From positions 96,001-160,000 of the forward strand of contig CAVYNH010000005.1 of the NCBI GenBank assembly GCA_963769885.1: a stretch of DNA of 64,000 nucleotides, given 5' to 3'. Positions 45,411 to 54,597 of the stretch are shown here, piece after piece (within the stretch, counting starts at the first letter, position 1; every line of letters starts with the position of its first letter). Under the pieces are notes generated by a model. That model made no database searches, was not told where the DNA came from, and saw nothing but the letters and a program-made list of their open reading frames with translations. This DNA comes from Methanobacteriota archaeon. GTDB taxonomy: Archaea; Thermoplasmatota; E2; DHVEG-1. Position numbers and translations under genes: made by a program.

Positions 45411-46091
45411 TTGTCTATGGCAAGCATTGTTCCGCAGATGAGCCTGTTCCTGGGCATCATCCCCGCGTTGCTGCTCCTGTGGTTCGGGCTGCGGGGCTAC
45501 GAGGGATACTACAAGGACAAGAATATTTTCCTGATGTTCATCGTCGGCATCATCCTCGGCTTCATCATCGCGCTCATCGAGCTGTTCACGGCGAGCATCG
45601 GCGTCATCTACATCATCCTTTTCCCGATTCTTGAGCAGATGAGCAAGGTCATCGTCCTGAACCTCGGCCGGTTCCATGAGAAACGGGAGACGGTCATCTA
45701 TGGGCTGGTGCTGGGGCTTGGCTTCGGCTCGATTTTCACGCCAGCCTCCCTGCTGGTGCTGGGGACGCAGCTGCAGGACACCCTGACGGTGCTGCTCATC
45801 GTCGTCGGCTCCATCGGCATCATCTTCTTCCAAGGGGCATCCGGCGTCCTCGTCGGCTACGGTGTGTACAGTAGAAAACTAATGCGGTACATCTTCCTAG
45901 CCGTCCTGCTGGAGATTCCGTTGACCGCCACGGTCTTCGTCAGCGAGTACTTGCAGCGGCCGTATCTGCAGAGCCTCATTATCGTCTACGGTGTAATCAT
46001 CTTCTGGTACGTCGACCGGTACGTCATGCCACGAATCCGCGAAGACTCGGAGCGTAGAAAACGGACGCTCAAAGAAGAAAAGAAAGCCTAA
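45411..46091 (+). CDS. Multi-pass membrane protein, PrsW-like
   Basis: About 7 TM segments, EQMSK and GLGFG resemble degenerate PrsW motifs. Confidence 0.7.
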   Translation: MSMASIVPQMSLFLGIIPALLLLWFGLRGYEGYYKDKNIFLMFIVGIILGFIIALIELFTASIGVIYIILFPILEQMSKVIVLNLGRFHEKRETVIYGLVLGLGFGSIFTPASLLVLGTQLQDTLTVLLIVVGSIGIIFFQGASGVLVGYGVYSRKLMRYIFLAVLLEIPLTATVFVSEYLQRPYLQSLIIVYGVIIFWYVDRYVMPRIREDSERRKRTLKEEKKA

Positions 46092-46224
46092 CCTCAACAA
46101 GGGGGAAGAACACCACCTCCCAAGGCCTTTCCTTACACGCTTTTTCCCCGAGTACGAAACCATCGTTCCGGTATTGATAAAAACAAGATAACGATACTTT
46201 CACCCGAAGACAAAGGTGCCAGCC

Positions 46225-46668
46225 ATGGACGAACCCACCCCAGTCCCCGAAGGCTACTACCCCCCAGAAGGACCTCAGGAGTCCTCCGAGCATAAACCCT
46301 CCACGTCGCTCCCGGTCATCGCCGGCATCCTCCTCATCATCGCCGCCCTCTCAGGATTCATAACATGGTCGAACATCCTCGCTTGGGATGCCTCCCAATT
46401 CCAGAACTTTCTTCCAAATAACTCACAAATACCCGTACAAACCTATCAGTCCATACTCCAGACCTGCAGCATCATCGGCGTCGTCTTCTCCGCCCTCGCC
46501 CTCATCGGCGGCCTCATGGCCATCCGCAAACGCTCCTGGGGCCTCAGCATCACCGGCAGCATCCTCGGCCTCTTCACCATCGGCGTCTTCTTCACCGCCA
46601 GCGTCTTCTCCCTCATCGCTTTAGTCTTCCTCATCATGACCCGCCGTGAGTTCACCCCAAAAACCTAG
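46225..46668 (+). CDS. Small membrane protein
   Basis: Pro-rich N-terminus and 3-4 TM segments. Confidence 0.7.
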   Translation: MDEPTPVPEGYYPPEGPQESSEHKPSTSLPVIAGILLIIAALSGFITWSNILAWDASQFQNFLPNNSQIPVQTYQSILQTCSIIGVVFSALALIGGLMAIRKRSWGLSITGSILGLFTIGVFFTASVFSLIALVFLIMTRREFTPKT

Positions 46669-47258
46669 TCTTCCTTCACCGGCTTTTTCCGCACAACGTC
46701 AGCAAACTCAGTGACCAGGATACCAATCCCCAGCCCGCCCACAACCCCGGCCAACACCCCGGTCACCAGACGCACCACGTTCGTACTCTCCCACAGTCCC
46801 AGCAGCTGCCCGCCCCCATCTACCATCAACGGCAGCAGCCCTACCACGAACACCCAGGCCAACCGGGAATCCAGCGGCACCGCCACAAACGCCATCACCA
46901 CCAACCCCAGGAACAACCCCAGCCAGACTCCCGTGCATCGCGCACAGAACGGCAGCTCGTTCCCACCCAGGAAGAACGATCGGTCCGCCCGCTGATGACA
47001 CAAGCGATCACCCACGCTGTACACCAGCCCCCACGGCTGCGGAAACCCCGAAAACACATCGGCATTGTCCGAGACGCCGACCGTCCCGGAGAGATCCTGG
47101 CACGACCCCGCAGGGACCGCATTCGGACTCACCACAATCAACAAGAACCACACCAGGAACACCGCAGAGGCGAAAAACACCGACGGCCGGAACCACCACT
47201 CCACCCGCTTCACACCCACCACGAACACGCTTCGTCTACGAATACTTTCCCCACCCAC
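46665..47258 (-). CDS. DUF2085 membrane protein
   Basis: CHQRADRSF, PFCARCTG, PLMVDG, STN..R..TG. The start is uncertain. Confidence 0.85.
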   Translation of the reverse strand: MGGESIRRRSVFVVGVKRVEWWFRPSVFFASAVFLVWFLLIVVSPNAVPAGSCQDLSGTVGVSDNADVFSGFPQPWGLVYSVGDRLCHQRADRSFFLGGNELPFCARCTGVWLGLFLGLVVMAFVAVPLDSRLAWVFVVGLLPLMVDGGGQLLGLWESTNVVRLVTGVLAGVVGGLGIGILVTEFADVVRKKPVKED

Positions 47259-47352
47259 ACCACCAAATGTACCTCCATCTTCTCCAGGGGAAACCGGACA
47301 GTATGTTTAAATAGGGTATGCCTGTTCACAAGAAAAGAAAGGCGGTCACCCT

Positions 47353-47502
47353 ATGACGCGATTTCCAGAGGCAGAAAGCCGACTGTTAAACAAAAAAATC
47401 TGCATGAAATGCGGGGCATCCAACGCCATCCTCGCCAAACGATGCCGCCGCTGCCGATCCACTGAACTGCGCATCAAGGCCAAAGAAGGACGCGGCGCCT
47501 AA
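47353..47502 (+). CDS. rpl40e: 50S ribosomal protein eL40
   Basis: Not in the ORF track. Manual translation: [49 protein letters not shown]. Confidence 0.95.
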   Translation: MTRFPEAESRLLNKKICMKCGASNAILAKRCRRCRSTELRIKAKEGRGA

Positions 47503-47545
47503 ACCAAGGGAGCCTCATCTACCGCCAACCCATAGATGACATACC

Positions 47546-48964
47546 ATGCCAGCCACCAAAGTCAAAAAAGATGAGGATTTTAACGAATGGTACAACGAAA
47601 TCGTTGAACTCGCCGACCTCTGCGACAAACGCTACCCCATCAAAGGCATGAACGTCTGGAAACCCTACGGCTGGACGCTCATGACCAACATCGACGGCCT
47701 CATCCGCGACGAGATGCGCGCCACTAACCATAAAGAAGTCCAATTCCCCCTCCTCATCCCAGAATCCCTCTTCAAAAAAGAAGAAGAACACATCGAAGGC
47801 TTCGGCAAAGAAGTCTTCTGGGTCACCCACGCCGGCCTCACCCCACTCGAAGAACGCTGGCTCCTCAGACCCACCAGCGAAACCGCGATGTACCCCATCT
47901 TCTCCCTCTGGATCCGCTCCCACAACGACCTCCCCCTCAAAACCTACCAGATCGTCAACACCTTCCGCTACGAGACCAAACAAACCCGCGCATTCATCAG
48001 AGTCCGCGAGATCCACTTCTTCGAAGCCCACACCTGCCACACCGACTTCCAAGACGCCGAACGCCAAATCAAAGAAGACAAAGACATCGCCACCCGCCTC
48101 TTTCACAAACTCTGCCTCCCCTTCATCTTCAACAAACGCCCTGACTGGGATAAGTTCGCAGGCGCCTACTACACCATCAGCATCGACGTCCTCATGCCCT
48201 CCAACCGCACCCTCCAGATGGGCTCCATCCACCAATACAAAGACAACTTCGCCAAACCCTACGAGATCTCCTACGAAACCGAAGACGGCAAACGCGCCTA
48301 CGCCCACCAGACCACCTACGGCATGAGCGAACGCATCCTCGGCGCCGTCATCGGCATCCACGGCGACAACAAAGGCCTCGTCCTCCCACCCGAGATCGCC
48401 CCGATCCAAGCCGTCATCATCCCCATCATCTTCAAAGGAAAAGAGACCATCGTCCTCAGCGCCTGCACCCAGCTGCACTCCCGACTCCTCAGCGCCGGCA
48501 TCCGCAGCCACGTCGACAACCGCGAGATCACCCCTGGCAACAAATACTACGACTGGGAACTCAAAGGCGTCCCCCTCCGCATCGAGATCGGCCCCCGCGA
48601 CCTCGACAACAACGTCGCCACCGTCGTCCGCCGCGACACCAGCGAAAAGAAAACCATCCCGCTCCCCAGCATCGAAGACGGCCTCAAGACAGAGCTAAAA
48701 ACCATGGCGGCCGCGATGTACACAAAAGCCGATAAACTCCTCAAAGACAACATGCACACCGTCTGCTCCGTCGACGAGGCCCAGACCACCACCGGCATCA
48801 TCACCATGCCCTGGTGCGGCACCAAAGAATGCGCCCTCGAGATAGAAAAAGTTTTAGAGGGCAATACGTTAGGGGAACCAATCGAACCGCACAAGTGTAC
48901 CGAAACCTGCCCCGTATGTGGACAGAAGGCGGAGAAATGGATGCGGTTCGCACGCTCATACTGA
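47546..48964 (+). CDS. proS: Proline--tRNA ligase (archaeal/eukaryotic type)
   Basis: LRPTSET, FRYETK..R.FIRVRE, QTTYG.SER, WELKGVP.RIEIG, terminal ARSY. Confidence 0.98.
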   Translation: MPATKVKKDEDFNEWYNEIVELADLCDKRYPIKGMNVWKPYGWTLMTNIDGLIRDEMRATNHKEVQFPLLIPESLFKKEEEHIEGFGKEVFWVTHAGLTPLEERWLLRPTSETAMYPIFSLWIRSHNDLPLKTYQIVNTFRYETKQTRAFIRVREIHFFEAHTCHTDFQDAERQIKEDKDIATRLFHKLCLPFIFNKRPDWDKFAGAYYTISIDVLMPSNRTLQMGSIHQYKDNFAKPYEISYETEDGKRAYAHQTTYGMSERILGAVIGIHGDNKGLVLPPEIAPIQAVIIPIIFKGKETIVLSACTQLHSRLLSAGIRSHVDNREITPGNKYYDWELKGVPLRIEIGPRDLDNNVATVVRRDTSEKKTIPLPSIEDGLKTELKTMAAAMYTKADKLLKDNMHTVCSVDEAQTTTGIITMPWCGTKECALEIEKVLEGNTLGEPIEPHKCTETCPVCGQKAEKWMRFARSY

Positions 48965-48978
48965 GGTGACCAAGCACA

Positions 48979-49359
48979 ATGGGAAAAATCACCAACTTCC
49001 TACGCGAAATCGTCTACCCCTCTAGCATCATCCTGACCATCATCGGCATCATCATCCTCATCCTCGAACTCATCTTTTATGCGCACTGGCTCGCGACTGA
49101 GCCAGCATTAAAATTCCTCTATGACTTGGGCGCATGGAACGCCTACGTCCTCATCGTCGGCCTCATCGTCTTCGGCATCGGCGTCTACTACCTCTGGAGC
49201 TACCTCTCCAAGAGCCGCTTCGTCAAAAAAGAGCTCAAGACCAACAAGCGCTCAGAGATCCAAATCAAGCATGCCGAGCTACGCCGCACCGTCAAGCACC
49301 TCCCGAAAAAGTACCAGCGGATGCTCCAGGAAAAAGAAGACGAGCTCAACATCAAGTGA
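48979..49359 (+). CDS. Two-TM membrane protein
   Basis: Two hydrophobic helices and a basic tail. Confidence 0.75.
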   Translation: MGKITNFLREIVYPSSIILTIIGIIILILELIFYAHWLATEPALKFLYDLGAWNAYVLIVGLIVFGIGVYYLWSYLSKSRFVKKELKTNKRSEIQIKHAELRRTVKHLPKKYQRMLQEKEDELNIK

Positions 49360-49384
49360 ACCTGTTTCTAGGGGGCGGGGCCAA

Positions 49385-50095
49385 ATACCTGAAATCGTCG
49401 TCGTATTGGTAGAACCGAAGTACAGCGGGAACGTCGGAGCCGTCGCCCGCTCCATGATGAACTTCGGCGTCCACCGCCTCATTCTCGTCAACCCCGCCTG
49501 CCCGCTTGACCAGACCTGTTACGCTCGGGCGATGCATGCCACCAAGATCCTGGATGAGGCCGCCACCCTCTCGACGTTCTCTGAGGCGGTCAAGCAGCTC
49601 GATTTCCTCGCCGCGACCTCCGCCGTCGACGCCGCCAAGGAAAAATATTATCTCCGGACCCCGATCCCACTGGAGAAATTCGCTGAGGACTGCACGAAGG
49701 TCGACGGCACCATCGGGCTGGTGTTCGGCCGTGAGGACTACGGCCTGTTCAACGAGGAGATCGCGGCCTGCGACGTCATGCTGAAGATCCCGACCAGTGA
49801 CGAGTACCCCTCATTGAACCTCTCCCATGCGGTGACGCTGGTGCTTTACGAGCTCTATAAGACGGGGAAGGGGCCTGGTCGGCGCCGGCAGCTGGGGCGG
49901 GTGGAGAACGACACGCTTCAGGGGTTCTTCTCTGAGCTGCTGGACACGATCGATTACCCGGCGCATAAGAAGGCGCAGACGAAGATCATGTTCCGCCGGT
50001 TAATGGGTCGGGCGATGCCTTCGGTCTGGGAATACCATACCTTCATGGGTGTCATCAGCAAAGCAATTTCACGTGTGAAAAACCCGAGGAAATAA
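49385..50095 (+). CDS. trmJ: TrmJ-family SPOUT tRNA methyltransferase (start ambiguous)
   Basis: VLVEPKYSGNVGAVARSMMNFG, ARAMHA, LVFGRED.GL, YPSLNLSHAV. Confidence 0.9.
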   Translation: MPEIVVVLVEPKYSGNVGAVARSMMNFGVHRLILVNPACPLDQTCYARAMHATKILDEAATLSTFSEAVKQLDFLAATSAVDAAKEKYYLRTPIPLEKFAEDCTKVDGTIGLVFGREDYGLFNEEIAACDVMLKIPTSDEYPSLNLSHAVTLVLYELYKTGKGPGRRRQLGRVENDTLQGFFSELLDTIDYPAHKKAQTKIMFRRLMGRAMPSVWEYHTFMGVISKAISRVKNPRK

Positions 50096-50105
50096 GGCTT
50101 TTTTC

Positions 50106-50339
50106 CTAGGCAATCGTCTCGATGGTGAAGGAGACGTTGCAGTGTTTGAGGGCGGAGTGGACTTTGTCGGCGAAGAAGACCAGTTCGTCGATGTCCGCGT
50201 GGTCCTTACCCCAATCGAAGACGAAGTCGTAGCTGCCGCGTGCCGCCTGGAAGCCCATGTTCATGAGCTGGGTCTTGACGTCGGAGGGGCTGGCGCCTTC
50301 GCTGTTGAATAGGATATGGAGGTAGGTCTTCATGCCCAT
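50106..50339 (-). CDS. Small hypothetical protein
   Basis: 77-aa ORF (FNSEGASPS, GSYDF) with normal codon usage. Confidence 0.7.
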   Translation of the reverse strand: MGMKTYLHILFNSEGASPSDVKTQLMNMGFQAARGSYDFVFDWGKDHADIDELVFFADKVHSALKHCNVSFTIETIA

Positions 50340-50405
50340 GGTCCTAAGAATTCTTCTTACCTATTTAAATCATTGCGAAAAAATTGCCCTCGAATCAAAT
50401 CAGTA

Positions 50406-51563
50406 TTAGGAAGAAAACGGCACCGGTGCGAAACTGAGGACGAAGACGAGGAGGATTGCGAGGGCGATAAGGATGTCCCGCCTTCCCAAAGTTGTGATCT
50501 CATTGAGCGGTGGTTGGTGCTGGGTGCCGAGGAACAGCAGGACGATGAAGGCGAACATGAACCATCCGGTGTAGAACAGCCCAAGGATGATGAGGAGGAT
50601 GATGATGCCCCAGCTGATGTACCGAGCTTTGTCCTTGAAGACCGCCCGGGAGACGTGGCCGCCGTCGAGCTGGCCGACGGGCAGGAGGTTGACGGCCGTC
50701 AGGAAGATGCCGACCCAGCCGGCGTACAGCGTTGGATGGATGAGGGCGGTGCTGGGGATGGTGAAGAAGCTGCCGATCCATTGGATGAGCAGCGGGGGGA
50801 TGAAGTTGATGGTCTCGGTTGTGGATGGTAGGACCACCGGGTTTTGCTGCATGAGGAAGAAGCCGATGATGACGACCGGGATCGCGGTGAGGAAACCGCA
50901 GAGGGGGCCGGCCGCGCCGATGTGCAGGAGCGCTTTGCGGTTGGGGATGGGGTCGCGAGTGGAAATGACGGCGCCGAAGGTCCCTAAATCCAGATAGCCG
51001 GGGATCGGGGGTAATGGGATGAAGAAGGGCAATGAGGCGTCAACGCGGTGCTTGCGTGAGGCGAGGTAATGGCCGGTCTCGTGGATGCCGAGGATCGCCA
51101 TGAGGGGCAGCGAGAAGGTGAGGAAGCCGATGAAGAGGTAGTGGGGTTGGAAGCCGATGGCGAACATCTCCAGGATTCCGGGGTTGGCGGCGTTGGTCTT
51201 GACGAGGTCGAGGATGACCCATTGGAGGCTACCAGCGAGCGTCGTGGTGAAGATGGTCGCCGCAAGCAAGACGATGTTGACGTAGATGGATCTCGTCTTG
51301 CGTTGCTGTTTCTTCATGATGAAGAGGAGGTGTTCTCCCTGATGGGTCTGCAGCATCGGGATGTAGTCTTTTTCTTTGAGGGAATGGCGAAGGTCCTCGA
51401 ACTGGTCCCCTACGGTGGCCTCGTCGATGTGGCAGAAGAAGACGACGGCCTGGGGGGTGATCTTCACGTCGTAGAAGGGGAACCGCTGGCCGACTTGTTG
51501 TTGGAGGTATGGGATGTCCACAGGTTCGTTGGTGGTAGCGGTAGGGTCCTCTGTGGCCGGCAT
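50406..51563 (-). CDS. Site-2 protease (M50) metalloprotease
   Basis: HETGH, GTFGAVI, AGPL, NLLPVGQLDGGH. Confidence 0.95.
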   Translation of the reverse strand: MPATEDPTATTNEPVDIPYLQQQVGQRFPFYDVKITPQAVVFFCHIDEATVGDQFEDLRHSLKEKDYIPMLQTHQGEHLLFIMKKQQRKTRSIYVNIVLLAATIFTTTLAGSLQWVILDLVKTNAANPGILEMFAIGFQPHYLFIGFLTFSLPLMAILGIHETGHYLASRKHRVDASLPFFIPLPPIPGYLDLGTFGAVISTRDPIPNRKALLHIGAAGPLCGFLTAIPVVIIGFFLMQQNPVVLPSTTETINFIPPLLIQWIGSFFTIPSTALIHPTLYAGWVGIFLTAVNLLPVGQLDGGHVSRAVFKDKARYISWGIIILLIILGLFYTGWFMFAFIVLLFLGTQHQPPLNEITTLGRRDILIALAILLVFVLSFAPVPFSS

Positions 51564-51747
51564 TGTTGTCGGCGTGAATGCGGGCCTCCTTTTAAATATC
51601 CTTCGGAGTGTTCAGCAGAACCTATATATATATCTGAATATATACTTAGGTCACGGATGGGGTAATGCACCGACGCGGTTTGCCTGCGAGAGCATGGACT
51701 AGCGTTCACTGGGTCAGCCGTGGGCTTATCGAGGGAGGTGGTGCCGA

Positions 51748-53460
51748 TTGAAGCTGACCCTGAAGGTTCTCATCGGCAACCTCTTGTTCATTGCGGTCTT
51801 TTTCCTCATCATTGCGAGGATTTTTTCCGTCGTCTCTGGCGCCGTGTTCCCGGTCGATATTGTGACCTCGGATTCCATGAGTCCGTCGCTGATAACGGGG
51901 GATCTGGTCACCTGGTCGCCCGCGTCCATTCAGGACGTTAAGGTCGGGGATATCGTCGTCTATAAGAGCTGGCTGCACTGGCCTGACACGAAGTTCATCG
52001 TGCACCGCGTCATCGAGGTCCGCGAGGACTTCGGCAAGATCGCGCTGGTCACCAAGGGAGACGCGAACCGGTGGACCGACCAGGCTGGGCCGCATGCGCC
52101 CGAGCCGTACGTGACCGAGAAGAACTTCGTCGGTAAGGCGATCATGCTCGGCCCTGTGCCCTTGAAGATCCCGTTGGTCGGCTACGTTGGCATCCTGGTC
52201 AACGAAGGTTTCCGATTGTTGACGCAGTCCTCGGCGGCGAAAGGGACCTCGACGACGATCTGGGTCTTCACGCCCCTGACCGTGTCCGTCATCCTCCTGG
52301 TCATCGCCATCTTCCTGGTCCCTGAACGCCGGAAGACCATCCAAGAGAAAATCAGGTACTACATCCTGAGTTCACGGTCCTTGAACCTGAAGAAAACCGC
52401 CGTGTTCTTCTTCCTCCTGTTCACCGCCTTCTTCTTCATCATCCATCTGTTCGCGTATGATACGGTGACGGGGGCGGTCGGCGTCGGCGAATTCGCCTCA
52501 AAGAATGGCATGGACCTTGGGGCACTGGAGCCGGGGCAGACCGGGTTCCCTCGGGAGATCTCCGTTGTCAATCCTAGCGTTTTCCCTGTCAAAGGCATTA
52601 TCTTCGGGAGGCAAGGCATGGAGCCGCTCCTCAATCACGTCGTCTTCACGGTGGGAGCAGGTAAGATCAAGCCACAGAACATCTCCGCCTCCGTCCCAAA
52701 CGGGACCGCGAACGGCTCGTACGTCGGCGACATCGCCATCTACTCCTCCCCTCTCTGGCTGCTCTTCCCAGACGAGGTCCTACTCACGGTGTCGCAAGCA
52801 GACCCCAGCCTCGTGGTTATTATTCTGGATCTCATCAGTGCCGCGATCCTCACGGCGGTCACACTCCTGATCATCCTTGCCGCTGCCCTACTCGAGGAGA
52901 CGGCCTACGTTCTCCAGGTCAATCTCTCCTGGCACTATGCCCCACGGCCGATGCTGAAAACCCGATGGAGAGCGCGGATTGCCCATGCGCGCCTCCGATT
53001 TCGCCGCGGACTGGCGAGGAACGTCCTCTGGGTAAGCCAGGTAAACCTCGCGTCGCTGCAGGCGCGGCCGTTCCTGATCGGCGGCCTCATCGCCGTCCCC
53101 TTCTTCTTCCTCATGCAAAGCACGCTTACAGCTTTGGTGGTCGCCGCGGTCCTCGCCGGGCTGGTCGCCTACCTCTTTCGCTGCCGGCTGCGGGAAAAGA
53201 TCGTCCTTGCGGTCGTCATGTCCCTGTGTGTCTCCCTGTGTCTGCTCATGGGCAAGATCGGCTTCGACATCCTCACCGCCTCCCGCTCGGTCATAGAGAC
53301 CCTCGGGCTGGTCATGGGCGCGCTCGGGATTTATCTGCTCGTCGTCGCGTTCCTGCTCGTTCCTGTGGTCCTGACGTCGTGGGGGCTAACGCACCTCTGC
53401 CGAAATGTTAAAGAACAGCGTGACCCATTACTGGCCCTGGAGGGTGGATGCGACCTCTAA
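51748..53460 (+). CDS. Signal peptidase I (S26B) with large C-terminal membrane and extracellular extension
   Basis: SDSMSP, GDL, IVHRV, TKGDAN, followed by about 380 extra residues. TTG start with a GGAGGTG RBS. Confidence 0.88.
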   Translation: MKLTLKVLIGNLLFIAVFFLIIARIFSVVSGAVFPVDIVTSDSMSPSLITGDLVTWSPASIQDVKVGDIVVYKSWLHWPDTKFIVHRVIEVREDFGKIALVTKGDANRWTDQAGPHAPEPYVTEKNFVGKAIMLGPVPLKIPLVGYVGILVNEGFRLLTQSSAAKGTSTTIWVFTPLTVSVILLVIAIFLVPERRKTIQEKIRYYILSSRSLNLKKTAVFFFLLFTAFFFIIHLFAYDTVTGAVGVGEFASKNGMDLGALEPGQTGFPREISVVNPSVFPVKGIIFGRQGMEPLLNHVVFTVGAGKIKPQNISASVPNGTANGSYVGDIAIYSSPLWLLFPDEVLLTVSQADPSLVVIILDLISAAILTAVTLLIILAAALLEETAYVLQVNLSWHYAPRPMLKTRWRARIAHARLRFRRGLARNVLWVSQVNLASLQARPFLIGGLIAVPFFFLMQSTLTALVVAAVLAGLVAYLFRCRLREKIVLAVVMSLCVSLCLLMGKIGFDILTASRSVIETLGLVMGALGIYLLVVAFLLVPVVLTSWGLTHLCRNVKEQRDPLLALEGGCDL

Positions 53461-53481
53461 CGGTGAGGGTGATGCAGTAAA

Positions 53482-54504
53482 ATGCCTCTTTTAAAGCGAA
53501 AGACTGTCCCCGCATCGCCCGTCTCATCCGACTCGCCTGCACTCTCGAATCAGTTGTCTCGATTTCAGCGTCGAAAGCCCTCCGCGACCCCGCAGGAGCC
53601 GCAGACGCCCAACGAGACGACCTCGTCTGATGCCTACTCATTCCTTGACTCCGAGCAGCCTGACCAGAACGCCTTTGAGGACCTCGGAGACCTACCAACG
53701 ACCACGGCGCCGAAGCGGCCGGCCTACTGGCAGAAGGAGATGGCCGGCAAACCCGTGTTCCTCGAAGACACCGGGGAGCGGCTCGGCGAGGTCGCGGACC
53801 CCATCCTCGACGCGGAACAGCACCTCATCGGCTACCGGATCAAGGACAACAAGTCCGACGCCGTCCTCAGATTCCCCCTCGAGCAGTTCGACGAAGACAA
53901 GAACGGCCTCATCTTCGTCCCCAGCTGGTACAGCAAAGGTGTCAAGACCGTGGAGAAGCTGGAGTTCAAAGACCGTATCACCCCGGAGCTCATGTGGCTG
54001 ATCACGGACAACACCGTCCCGATGCAGGACCTGTACCGCGTCTTCGTCCGCCATGACGATACTATCACAGGGTACTTGGAGGAGGCCGGTAGCCTCCGCG
54101 AACTGCTCACCCAGCGCCTCCGGATTCTGGAAAAAGAGCGGCTGTCGCTCAAAGAAAGCCTCATGGACCTCACCGAGAAACGCCTCATCAAGGACATCGA
54201 CCGCAGGGAGTTCTCCGACATCATCATCGAGCACCGCCGCAAGGTCAACGTCCTCGATAACAACATGAAGAAATGCAGCGACCTGCTCGCCCGTCTCCAA
54301 AAAACGTCCTTCGGCATGCTCAGCCTCGCACTCCACGCCGCCACCGCACCCTCACCAGGTCCTCACACGGACCGCGACCCGACCACAGACCAGGCCTACC
54401 AAGAGAAATACAACCAGCTCAAACAACAGTACGCCAAACTGCACGAGGGCTACGAAGAACTGAAGACCGCCGTGGAACGCCTCCTGACCAGCACCGACGT
54501 CTAA
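53482..54504 (+). CDS. PRC-barrel plus coiled-coil protein, CdvA-like
   Basis: GKPVFLEDTGERLGEV..I.GY PRC pattern, LIFVPSW, then two helical hairpin/coiled-coil segments. Confidence 0.75.
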   Translation: MPLLKRKTVPASPVSSDSPALSNQLSRFQRRKPSATPQEPQTPNETTSSDAYSFLDSEQPDQNAFEDLGDLPTTTAPKRPAYWQKEMAGKPVFLEDTGERLGEVADPILDAEQHLIGYRIKDNKSDAVLRFPLEQFDEDKNGLIFVPSWYSKGVKTVEKLEFKDRITPELMWLITDNTVPMQDLYRVFVRHDDTITGYLEEAGSLRELLTQRLRILEKERLSLKESLMDLTEKRLIKDIDRREFSDIIIEHRRKVNVLDNNMKKCSDLLARLQKTSFGMLSLALHAATAPSPGPHTDRDPTTDQAYQEKYNQLKQQYAKLHEGYEELKTAVERLLTSTDV

Positions 54505-54597
54505 TCCCCAGTCCATTTCCAAAAGGTAATAAGCAAAGAACCGCATTTCCTTTAAGTAGACAACACCGAGTGGGATACCCTGGGGTGAGGAAGAATC

